This document shows, in pieces, positions 21,501-30,213 of a stretch of 64,000 bases of DNA; position 1 is the stretch's first letter, and the number at the start of each line of letters is the position of its first letter. Below the pieces are notes generated by a model. The model did not search any database, had not been told where the DNA came from, and saw nothing but the letters and a program-made list of their open reading frames with translations. Origin of the DNA: Bacteroidota bacterium (GTDB taxonomy: Bacteria; Bacteroidota; Bacteroidia; NS11-12g; UBA955); contig JAGXTF010000059.1 of NCBI GenBank assembly GCA_018333525.1, positions 17,334 through 81,333 on the forward strand. Direction: 5' to 3'. A program made the translations under genes and the position numbers.

Positions 21501-21842
21501 ACTTACCCGAATTCATACGGCATTTACACTGTTTTGATGATTGCCACCAGTTCCAAAGGCTGTAAAGATTCTGCTATGCGTATTTTACAGGTCGGTAAAA
21601 AAACAAATTCCATTCAGGACGACATACCGGAACATACCTGGTTCGATGGAAATTTTGTTCTCCATGGAATGGAATATGAAAAACTGGAAACCATGGTATT
21701 TAATGCAGCAGGTGCCAGAGTGTTTTCCGGTCTGAACAACCAACCATTCAACCCAGTTTCCGGAATTTATTTTTACCAGATACAGGCAACTGATATGAAG
21801 GGCAAAGTGCGCATCTATAAAGGGAAATTGTTAGTTCCTTAA
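18597..21842 (+). CDS. Cys-rich T9SS cargo protein, paralog 2
   Basis: SHIFGADITY...RDCR, CCRIGAITTG, PKD-like domain, C-terminal GIYFYQI...KLLVP. TACATTTG box at 18566-18573. Confidence 0.8.
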   Translation: MKIPGIVLLFLIAGQTSGVFASHIFGADITYKSLGGSKYRISANLYRDCRQQGISTPQSGVFAGTNGGNGCGTYNINFTRTSITEVSTICKGGKPMCSFPNAVVTTGYGIERQLYEADVDFSATPLSNFANKSSCCEVTFYIGDCCRIGAITTGASGDLYATCTIQICNLKKCTDTITNGPAASRVPPTYFCCNQSAYFNNGFMDTFENDSISYKLTQALNGLPQSSVIYSTPYSNKYPITPYCIPSSTIKCAPQPYIPFPRGLFFDTANGDFIFVPTNCTEVGVVNFEANEWRKDTSGKYLWIGKVHRDIVIRISNSCGNNNTVRLDSTYEYDFCAGDLLKIRLNLVDEAFAPYQSGPDSIFLSWNRGIPKGKFEIEYDKAQGKKHAVFTWQTKLQDTSDYKYHFVFSTTDSVCDHPTVTHRAVNIYLKKPDNLEINTTYINCNKTKLSATLSKSVNGNSIYTWIVVDSFTGNIVFKGTGTSTTTGILSKGTYKASLFCTNKTYCYQEIYTFFHIDSVAPTLSLPNDTNICYGKNVSILGNTANFYSPVHYHWTVNSATNSKDTLKILILSNIISNQAVSLMVSDARGCILRDDYNVNLFPASRAKWSKIPLDSICRNTPVFSLSEFVDSPADSLRRTGKFIIQSSSLTYGKFGIVDSIGANKFVLNPGKLTNDSDFNSAKTHTEILSLLWKDSFGCSSKSDNFIKILKSPELKIINKDICQNRGGEFNLDSLIIKPDWWGDKSKYWSVLSAPSGIPFSDVIKERDFNGIHQYWFQLGSKGLNKFAGKYALGLTVIDKDNDCAVTDNAIINLKPQPELTTNNISGQCVNLSYANLLQLFDSNGQPADSASSSFNIYSYNGITDSSLWKNIHLKNGYLFPYSSNYGNYQIQIKNWSTSCINTSLNTLQIYATPKVNFTTSPADSAPENLPYFTVSNKTSIASSDNLSYVWYYRYPNPVYKSTADAPTITYPNSYGIYTVLMIATSSKGCKDSAMRILQVGKKTNSIQDDIPEHTWFDGNFVLHGMEYEKLETMVFNAAGARVFSGLNNQPFNPVSGIYFYQIQATDMKGKVRIYKGKLLVP

Positions 21843-21900
21843 TTGATGGCTTTATTCTCCGAATTATTTTGTATGTTTGACTGAACTTCAAATTATTGTT

Positions 21901-24900
21901 ATGCATATATTTAAATATTTAGGATGGATTGTATTGTTTTTTTGCTTTGACAAATCCCAGGCCTCCCATATGTTTGGTGCAGATGTTACCTACAAAAGTT
22001 TAGGCGGTACCAAATATAAAATTATCATGAATGTGTACAGGGATTGCCGGGGAATATCTTTTAGCGGCCCCAGTGCAGGAGTATTTGGGGGAACAAATGG
22101 AGGAAATGGCTGTGGAAACTATAATTTATTTCCATCTAGGATTGCGATATATGATGTATCTTCTGTTTGCCAAGGTGGTTCCAAGTTGTGCAATCCGCAG
22201 AATACATATGGGACAGGTGATGGTATAGAACTTCATGTTTATACTGTGGATGTAGATTTCAGCACTACACCTTTAAATAATTTTGTTAATAAAAGTTCCT
22301 GTTGTGAGGTGACATTTTACATTGGGCAGTGCTGCAGAACAGGAGCAGTTACCACAGGAAGTGCAGGCAATGATTTTTATGCTACCTGCACCATTAATAT
22401 TTGCAATTTATCCAAATGCTCCAGCACGGTTTCATCTGGTCCGGCACCCAGCCTGGCGCCTCCCAATTATTTTTGCTGTAACCAATCTTCGTATTATAAT
22501 AATGGTTTTATGGATAGTATTGATGGTGATTCTATTTCCTATAAATTAATTCCCGCTTTCGCTTCTCTGCCACAAAATTCTGTATCCTATTCCAGTCCTT
22601 TTTCATATCAATATCCGGTTACCTGCTATTGTGTTCCACCCACTACCATTAAATGTTCACCTAATCCATATGCAATGCCGCCAAGGGGAACATTTTTTGA
22701 TACCACAAATGGTGACTTTATTTACACTCCGACAAAATGCGATGAAGTAGCTACAATAAATTTTGAAGCCAAAGAATGGCGCAAGGATACAAGCGGAAAA
22801 TATATATGGATTGGAAAAGTGCGCAGAGATGTTTTGTTCCGGGTTTCCGATGCCTGCGGATATAATAAAACAGTTAGAGTTGACAGCATCTATGAATATC
22901 GCTTTTGTGCGGGTGAGGATGTAAAAATCAGGCTAAACTTAAAAGATCAGGCTTTTACCCCATATCAAACCAAACCGGATTCCATTTATATCACCTGGAA
23001 TAATGCAATACCCGGTGCAAATTTTAAAATAGAATACGATACTGCGGCAGGTGTAAAACATGCCATTTTTAGCTGGAAAACAAAACCAACAGATGCCAGA
23101 GATTATAAATACCATTTTGTATTCAGTACTACAGATAGTGTATGTACCAATCCCACTATCACACACAGGTCGGTGAATATTTATTTAAAATCAAAAGATA
23201 CTCCGGATTTTTCCAGCTCAATTGTAAACTGTAATACATTAAAACTTACGGCAGTTATTGGTAAAAAAGTAACAGGAACTACTACCTATAACTGGGTCGT
23301 AGAAGATAGTTCCGATGGTTCGGTTTTATTTACCGGAAGCGGAAATAATATTACAACCGGGATTTTAAAAACCGCCACATTACGCATCCGTTTAAATTGC
23401 AACAATCCCTATTTCTGTATGCCTGAAATTGTAAAATACCAACATTTTATAAATGCATCACCTTCAGTTCAATTGCCTGCAGATACTGCAGTTTGTTTTA
23501 ATGGGGATGCATATTCTTATGCTAAAATTTCAGGATTGCAAAGTAATGTTACATTCAAGTGGTGGCTCAATTCTGCGCTCCTTCCGGACACATTACAGAC
23601 TATTACCCTGAAACAAAATCAAAGCGACAAAATGCTGGAAGTGCAGGTGACAGACCAACGTGGATGTAGTTCCCGGGACACACAAATTATTAAACAACTT
23701 CCTGACCCACACGTAATATGGACTAAATCCCTGTATCAGGTATGTCACGACAGTTTAAATGTATTGTTGAATAAACTGGTGAATATTGGAGATTCTACTA
23801 CAACCAATATTTATTGTCAGGACTCCAAATACATGAGTTATTCCGGAGGTAATTATTATTTTTCACCCAATAAAAGCGACAATATTTTTCTGCAAAGTGC
23901 ATCCGTAGAATTTAAAATTTATGCTGCATTTACTTCCAAATGGCACCAATGTTTTAGCCGGGATAGCAGCGTCATCCGAATAAATGGAAATCCCATTGTA
24001 GAAATTTCTGATGGATCATTTTGCCAGGATATAGGAACTTATGTGTTGGATTCATTTATTATAAAACCTAAAATTACATTTGGAATCACACGCACTTGGA
24101 AAGCTATTTCTGCTCCAACAGGAGTGAATAAAGCCGGTTTGATATATTCCAGCGGAGGAAAATTGCTTTTTGGTTTTGGTTCCAAAACACAAACCACTTA
24201 TGGTGGAAACTACCAGTTTGAATATTTGGTAAAAAACAATACTACAGGATGTATGGGGCGCGATACCAATAAAGTTACGATAACCAACGAAGCGTTATTT
24301 CAGAAAACCAGAAGTGTGCTATGTGAAGATGCCGGTGCATATAGTTTGAATAATAGCGGATTACTGGATAACAATAATATTGATGTACCACCTTCCAGCA
24401 GTTATCAGATTGTAGCATTCAACAACAGTAAAACAGATCCGAAAGTAACCGGAACAACTTTAACCGGGGGATATATTTTTCCGACTTCATCAGCCGGTTT
24501 GGGATACTGGACATTCAAAATAAATGCAGCGCCATATGGCTGCCCTATGAGTGACACTTTTTCTTTCTCCGTTTCACCCGCTCCGGTAGCATCGTTTACT
24601 TCCAATCCCAAAGATTCCACACCAATTTCCAAACCTGATTTTGTACTGAGCAATACCAGTACCATCAGTGCAGGTTATTTGAGTTATTTCTGGAATTTCG
24701 GTACTGGAAATACTGCGGACACGTCCATACAGGCAAGCCCAACCATTAACTATCCGGCTAAAAATGCGGAATATTTTGTGACGTTGGTTGCAACCTCGGA
24801 TAAAAAATGCAGAGATACATCTGTAATGCGTTTGCAGGTCGGCTCTTTTATCAATGGGATGTCGAATACCGACCTTCCAAAAATCTGGATGAACAATCAG

Positions 24901-25092
24901 TTTCAGGTGCAAGGAATTTCATTCAGAAAACTGGAAACCGGAATTTTTGATGCGAGCGGGAAACAGGTTGCAACATTAGTAAACAACGGAACTATTACAT
25001 TGCCGGCCGGAATTTATTATTACCGTGTTTTCGTGGAATTTGAAAATGGGAACACGGCCATGTACAAGGGAATAATTCACCATCAGGAATAA
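21901..25092 (+). CDS. Cys-rich T9SS cargo protein, paralog 3
   Basis: SHMFGADVTY...RDCRG, CCRTGAVTTG, PKD motif YFWNFGTG, C-terminal GIYYYRV...YKG. TATGTTTG box at 21872-21879. Confidence 0.8.
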   Translation: MHIFKYLGWIVLFFCFDKSQASHMFGADVTYKSLGGTKYKIIMNVYRDCRGISFSGPSAGVFGGTNGGNGCGNYNLFPSRIAIYDVSSVCQGGSKLCNPQNTYGTGDGIELHVYTVDVDFSTTPLNNFVNKSSCCEVTFYIGQCCRTGAVTTGSAGNDFYATCTINICNLSKCSSTVSSGPAPSLAPPNYFCCNQSSYYNNGFMDSIDGDSISYKLIPAFASLPQNSVSYSSPFSYQYPVTCYCVPPTTIKCSPNPYAMPPRGTFFDTTNGDFIYTPTKCDEVATINFEAKEWRKDTSGKYIWIGKVRRDVLFRVSDACGYNKTVRVDSIYEYRFCAGEDVKIRLNLKDQAFTPYQTKPDSIYITWNNAIPGANFKIEYDTAAGVKHAIFSWKTKPTDARDYKYHFVFSTTDSVCTNPTITHRSVNIYLKSKDTPDFSSSIVNCNTLKLTAVIGKKVTGTTTYNWVVEDSSDGSVLFTGSGNNITTGILKTATLRIRLNCNNPYFCMPEIVKYQHFINASPSVQLPADTAVCFNGDAYSYAKISGLQSNVTFKWWLNSALLPDTLQTITLKQNQSDKMLEVQVTDQRGCSSRDTQIIKQLPDPHVIWTKSLYQVCHDSLNVLLNKLVNIGDSTTTNIYCQDSKYMSYSGGNYYFSPNKSDNIFLQSASVEFKIYAAFTSKWHQCFSRDSSVIRINGNPIVEISDGSFCQDIGTYVLDSFIIKPKITFGITRTWKAISAPTGVNKAGLIYSSGGKLLFGFGSKTQTTYGGNYQFEYLVKNNTTGCMGRDTNKVTITNEALFQKTRSVLCEDAGAYSLNNSGLLDNNNIDVPPSSSYQIVAFNNSKTDPKVTGTTLTGGYIFPTSSAGLGYWTFKINAAPYGCPMSDTFSFSVSPAPVASFTSNPKDSTPISKPDFVLSNTSTISAGYLSYFWNFGTGNTADTSIQASPTINYPAKNAEYFVTLVATSDKKCRDTSVMRLQVGSFINGMSNTDLPKIWMNNQFQVQGISFRKLETGIFDASGKQVATLVNNGTITLPAGIYYYRVFVEFENGNTAMYKGIIHHQE

Positions 25093-25293
25093 AACCTTAA
25101 GTGAAATTGGATAAACTATTGCGAAATAGAACCTCAAACAAAGAGTCTTAATTGGAACATTTAAATTTCCGGCCGATAAATTCATTAGGGTTTTTTATGG
25201 ATTCGATTTATCTTTGAGTATGTCATTTCCGGAGCTTACAACTTCAGGCAACACTTTATATTTGAACTACGTCCTTCATTCTAACTCCTCTCT

Positions 25294-28200
25294 ATGCGAT
25301 TAAAACTACCATTCCTGTTTTTTTTATTTTTCGTTCTCTTTAACTCAGCTTCACTAAAAGGCAGCAATGCATCCGGCGGATATTGGGAATACAGTTATCT
25401 AGGCAACAACAAATACTTGTTGAATTTTGGTGTTTTACGCGATTGCAGGGGAATTCCACTTTCCGGAATTTCGTTTGGTTTTTATGCAGGAACGAATTAT
25501 GGAAATGGATGCAAGCAAGACACAATACAGGGTTTTGTTCTCACTTCCATGAAAACGGTTACCAGGTACTGCAGCAGTATATCTGACCCATGTTATCCGC
25601 ATAATTCAAATAGTACAGGAAGTGGAATTGAATTGCTAATCTATTCCAGAGTTGTAGATCTAAACAGCTCCAAATTCTCATCTTACGTGGGGAGTAGTGC
25701 TTGCGGAGATATAACTTTTTATGCCAATAAGTGTTGCCGAAGTGGTGCAATTACCACCGGGCATGATGGTGAGGATTTTTATGTGGTTACCACCTTGCAC
25801 ACTGAAAATTTATCCAAATGCATCAATCAAAATAATAATTCAGGAAAATGGTTAAATCATTTTCCTGCAATCATTTGTTGTGCCACTCCCGTATTTCACA
25901 ATTTTGGGTTTACCGACAGCACAGACCGTGATTCTATTTCTTATAGCATGGCGCCGGCTCAAAGAGGGATACCGATAAATAGTGTGAGTTATACCAGTCC
26001 ATTTAAATATCAAACACCAATTACGGTTTATTGTCCGGGAAGCGGCGGATTGGGTTGTACTCCAAACATCACTGCAGATCCACCCAGAGGAATGTATCTC
26101 AATGATAAAACCGGGGATATAGTTTTTACTCCGGTCAATTGTACAGACGTCGCAACAATTGCAGTTCAGGCAACTGAATGGCGCAAAGACAAAAATAACA
26201 AATGGGTGAAGATCGCTTCCATTTTATATGAAACGATGGTGATTATTAAAGACAATTGCGACTATAATAAAATTCCAAAAATTACCGGAACTACGAGTTC
26301 AAAAATTTGCGCGGGTGATAAAATATGTTTAACCATTGATGTTACAGATGATAAATTTACACCATACCAATCTGTAGCAGATACTGTTCATACTTCCTGG
26401 ATTTTACCTATACCCAATGCTACTATTACCGTACAATCCGATACATTTCCCAATAAAGAAAAACTGGAATTTTGCTGGCAAACCACCTCGGCTGACACAC
26501 AGGATTTTGCTTATCAATTTGAAATCATAGCGCATGATGGAAGTTGTAATGTTTCCAGAGAAAGCAGCCGTGCATTTACCATTCAGGTACAAAAAAAGGA
26601 TGAAGCAAAAATATCCGTATCCCCTGTTCAGCCGTGTAACAACATAACCTTGCAGGCCTCTACTTTGCGCTACAAAGAATCCACACCAACATTTGAATGG
26701 ATAGTAACAGATTCTTTAACAGGTAAAAAAATATTCGGTGGAAATAAATCCACGGAATTTATTTCTTATTTACAAAAAGGGGGGTATAAAATTACACTGC
26801 GCACTACAAGCGTAAAATTCTGTTATCCCGATGTAGTACAATATATTTCAATCAGGGATTCTTTGCCCACAGTGACTTTGCAAAGAGGAATACAGGTTTG
26901 TACCCAACAGAAATTTAATATCCTTGCAGTAACAAGCAATGCGAAAAATCCGATCACATATACATGGACTTTCCCCGGAGGAATTGACTCCACCGGCTTC
27001 AAAGACAATTACAATTTAATTTATTCCGATACTTCCACTATAAGAATTCAGGCAACAGACAGTAATGGATGTATCATGAAAGATACTGCTGCGGTAATTG
27101 TTTGGGAATTGCCAAAAATAGCATGGATTTCGGATCCATTAAATACCAGATGCCATGATTATGGAGATTTCAATCTGGATCCATTGCTTATAGAACCGTT
27201 CTCAGGATTGCGTACCAATTCAAATTTCCGAATTTATGGTTCCCTAACCAAATTTGGAGCCTATGGTTTGGTGGATTCCATAAAACCCGATGAACACTAT
27301 TTCCGCACTACTAAAATCAACAATGCCCTTGAATTAAGCTCAGGTAAAAGTGTTACGGAAACAATAACAGCCTGGTTCAGAGATACCAATGGTTGTGAGA
27401 ATTCAGCAACAACAAAACAAAAAATAAATGGGAATCCAATTATTGAACTGACAGATAAAACTTTTTGTCAGAATATGCTTGGAGAAATTACTGCAGATTC
27501 ATTTGTCATTAAACCTAAAATCAAATTTGGCGCCCAATACACATGGACTGCTGTTACTTGTCCATCAGGGGTAAATTTAAAGGATGTGTTCACCAATCCA
27601 TCTTTGAATGAATATTACTTTCAGGGTGGTTCTAAAGGGGTAAATACTTTTGCCGGAGAGTATATTCTGCGTTTAAAAATCGTAGATTTATTAACCGGTT
27701 GTACAGATAGTGAATCCAATAAAGTAACGCTGCTCTCAGAGCCGGTAATGGATACTTTTTCGCATAAAGGAGTGTGTGTAAATGGCAGCGCAGTAGATTT
27801 AACCAAATTATTTAAATCCAATGGAAATCCTGTTACAGTTGGAGAAAGTAATTTCAGAATTACTGCATTTAACGGTGACACCAATAGCACCTTTTACAAA
27901 AATATTGTTTTGAAAAATGGTTATATTTTCCCTACCAATGTACCCTGGGGAAAATATACGGTTTTGTGCACCAACCGCAGCACAGGTTGCGATGCTTCAA
28001 CACTGAATTATATTCTTATCCGACCGCTGCCACAAGCAGAATTCACGACCAATCCGAAAGATACGGCTCCAAAAAATCTCCCTTATTTTGTAACAAAAAA
28101 CACCACAAAAATTGCTTCAGGTGAAAACATGACTTTTGAATGGTATACCAAATTCCCTTCGCTTTCTGATAAATCCACAGCATTTGAACCTGTAATCACC

Positions 28201-28539
28201 TATCCTCTTACGGATTCCGGTTATCTGGTGAGAATGATTGCACTAACCGCCAGCGGTTGCAGGGATACCTTTGATAAAGTACTTATTGTAGGTACTGGAA
28301 AATACATTTTCGTCCGTTCCATTGAAGGAAAAGAATTTAAAATAGATTCCAGAATAAGCGTATTATCTCCCGAGTATCGCGTTTTACAAACCGATGTATA
28401 TGATGAAAGTGGCAGATTGGTTCATTCATTTTTGAAAAATGAGGGTGTCGATTTGAAAAGTGGTATTTACTTCTATGTCATTTACTTCCAGTCTCCTGAT
28501 GGTCAGATTATGGTTTACAAATCCAAAATTTCCTTATAA
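25294..28539 (+). CDS. Cys-rich T9SS cargo protein, paralog 4
   Basis: SNASGGYWEY...RDCRG, CCRSGAITTG, C-terminal GIYFYVI...KISL. TATATTTG box at 25257-25264. Confidence 0.8.
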   Translation: MRLKLPFLFFLFFVLFNSASLKGSNASGGYWEYSYLGNNKYLLNFGVLRDCRGIPLSGISFGFYAGTNYGNGCKQDTIQGFVLTSMKTVTRYCSSISDPCYPHNSNSTGSGIELLIYSRVVDLNSSKFSSYVGSSACGDITFYANKCCRSGAITTGHDGEDFYVVTTLHTENLSKCINQNNNSGKWLNHFPAIICCATPVFHNFGFTDSTDRDSISYSMAPAQRGIPINSVSYTSPFKYQTPITVYCPGSGGLGCTPNITADPPRGMYLNDKTGDIVFTPVNCTDVATIAVQATEWRKDKNNKWVKIASILYETMVIIKDNCDYNKIPKITGTTSSKICAGDKICLTIDVTDDKFTPYQSVADTVHTSWILPIPNATITVQSDTFPNKEKLEFCWQTTSADTQDFAYQFEIIAHDGSCNVSRESSRAFTIQVQKKDEAKISVSPVQPCNNITLQASTLRYKESTPTFEWIVTDSLTGKKIFGGNKSTEFISYLQKGGYKITLRTTSVKFCYPDVVQYISIRDSLPTVTLQRGIQVCTQQKFNILAVTSNAKNPITYTWTFPGGIDSTGFKDNYNLIYSDTSTIRIQATDSNGCIMKDTAAVIVWELPKIAWISDPLNTRCHDYGDFNLDPLLIEPFSGLRTNSNFRIYGSLTKFGAYGLVDSIKPDEHYFRTTKINNALELSSGKSVTETITAWFRDTNGCENSATTKQKINGNPIIELTDKTFCQNMLGEITADSFVIKPKIKFGAQYTWTAVTCPSGVNLKDVFTNPSLNEYYFQGGSKGVNTFAGEYILRLKIVDLLTGCTDSESNKVTLLSEPVMDTFSHKGVCVNGSAVDLTKLFKSNGNPVTVGESNFRITAFNGDTNSTFYKNIVLKNGYIFPTNVPWGKYTVLCTNRSTGCDASTLNYILIRPLPQAEFTTNPKDTAPKNLPYFVTKNTTKIASGENMTFEWYTKFPSLSDKSTAFEPVITYPLTDSGYLVRMIALTASGCRDTFDKVLIVGTGKYIFVRSIEGKEFKIDSRISVLSPEYRVLQTDVYDESGRLVHSFLKNEGVDLKSGIYFYVIYFQSPDGQIMVYKSKISL

Positions 28540-28552
28540 CCTTCCATTATTT

Positions 28553-30091
28553 ATGAAACATTTTAATTCCGGATTTATTCCAAAATTTATTTTGCTTTGC
28601 GTTTTTGCAGTATTCATTAAGGCAAACGGAAGCCATATGATGGGGGCAGATATGCAATATAAATGCCTTGGAAATGGCATGTATAAAATTACAGCAAAAC
28701 TCTATCGAGACTGCCGGGGAATTCCATTAAACGGCCCTACTTTTGGTGTGTTCGCTGGAAACAACGGCGGCAACTCCTGTGGCAATTATTCGCTCATTTT
28801 TAACCGAATTTCCATCAGAGACGTTACGCCAATCTGCGACTCACTTTCTGCCCCCTGTAATCCGCAGAACACCACCAGCAAAGAAGGTGTGGAAGAACAT
28901 ATTTATGAAGCCATCGTTAATTTTAAAACAACTCCACTTAGCAATTTCTGGAATAATTCTTCTTGTTGCAATGTTACCTTTTATGTAGGACAATGCTGCA
29001 GGAATGGAGCAATTACCACCGGACCTGCAGGCAATGATTTCTATACTACCTGTTTAATTAATTTGTGCAGTCTGGATTCCACCCAATGCAATTCGAGTCC
29101 TTCTTTAACCAATATTCCCATCATTTTTCATTGCTGCAACACTCCTTACCGCTATAATATTGGTGCATTGGATTCTGCAGAAAATGATTCCCTTTCATAC
29201 AAACTGGTGGGAGGAATTGGAAGTTTACCCAATGCTTCTGTAACCTATACCAATCCATTTAGCTTTGACCATCCGCTTTCCGTTTATTGTCCGGGTGGAG
29301 GAATTACCTGTACACCCAATCCGAATGCGACGATACCTGAAGGCTTTTTTCTGGATTCTGCAAATGGAGATATGGTATTTACCCCTGTAAAATGCGATGA
29401 AGTTGGAATTATTGTTGTTGAAATCACGGAGTGGCGAAATGTAAGCGGAACCTGGAAAATGCTCGGAAAAAACCGCCGAGATATTCAGGTTTTATTTAAA
29501 GATTGTGGAAATAATATGCCGCCACAAATAAGCGGTCAAAAAACACATAGGATGTGTGAAGGCGATTCTATTTGTTTTGATATTTTAGCCATTGACAGAA
29601 ATGATACCTCTTCTACCTCAGGAGATACTGTAACCCTGGATTGGAACAATGGAATTCCGGGTGCAAGTTTCACTATTAAGAACCCACAATCTAAGGATAA
29701 GGAAGCCAGATTTTGCTGGGTTGCACCAATTGGTTCATCCCGTGCCAATGCCTATACATTTACAGCCCATACCGTGGATAGAAATTGTCCGATTAAAAGT
29801 GAGTCTTATGTTGGCTTTAAAATTTATGTAGACCAATGTAATACCGGTACCAATAAATTATCGGGCAAGACAGCAATTCGGATTTATCCAATGCCTGTTA
29901 GTTCCGGTAATTTCATCCAACTGCAACCTGAATATTCAGGGAAATACGAAATTCTATCGATTTCAGGCCAGATTATTTATCACGGCAGGGCGGAAATAAC
30001 CAAAGGAATTTGGGTTCCATCGGAAGTAAAGTCCGGAATTTATTCCATTCAAATGGAATCAGGTCCCAGGTTCAAAATAGTTGTAGATTAG
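28553..30091 (+). CDS. Cys-rich T9SS cargo protein, paralog 5 (short form: head plus type A CTD)
   Basis: SHMMGADMQYKCLG...RDCRG, CCRNGAITTG. Canonical CTD IYPMP...SGIY...FKIVV. ATG at 28553. Confidence 0.82.
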   Translation: MKHFNSGFIPKFILLCVFAVFIKANGSHMMGADMQYKCLGNGMYKITAKLYRDCRGIPLNGPTFGVFAGNNGGNSCGNYSLIFNRISIRDVTPICDSLSAPCNPQNTTSKEGVEEHIYEAIVNFKTTPLSNFWNNSSCCNVTFYVGQCCRNGAITTGPAGNDFYTTCLINLCSLDSTQCNSSPSLTNIPIIFHCCNTPYRYNIGALDSAENDSLSYKLVGGIGSLPNASVTYTNPFSFDHPLSVYCPGGGITCTPNPNATIPEGFFLDSANGDMVFTPVKCDEVGIIVVEITEWRNVSGTWKMLGKNRRDIQVLFKDCGNNMPPQISGQKTHRMCEGDSICFDILAIDRNDTSSTSGDTVTLDWNNGIPGASFTIKNPQSKDKEARFCWVAPIGSSRANAYTFTAHTVDRNCPIKSESYVGFKIYVDQCNTGTNKLSGKTAIRIYPMPVSSGNFIQLQPEYSGKYEILSISGQIIYHGRAEITKGIWVPSEVKSGIYSIQMESGPRFKIVVD

Positions 30092-30213
30092 AACTACAGC
30101 AGGCATTACAATATTTTCTGAGATATGGGGTTATTACAGAATCCTGTAAAATCCACGTCCGGTTGAAAAACCGCGTTAGGGAAATCCACGGGTGAACCTA
30201 TTTTTGCGCCTGA

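Noticed and set aside
15686-30091. Diversity-generating retroelement or shufflon behind the paralog array
   Set aside because: No reverse transcriptase or invertase in the window, no near-identical template/variable repeat pair with adenine-specific changes seen, and all genes are co-oriented.
30140-30195. AAATCCACG direct repeat and CGGTT-GAAA-AACCG hairpin upstream of gldA
   Set aside because: Too short to distinguish from chance without comparative data.
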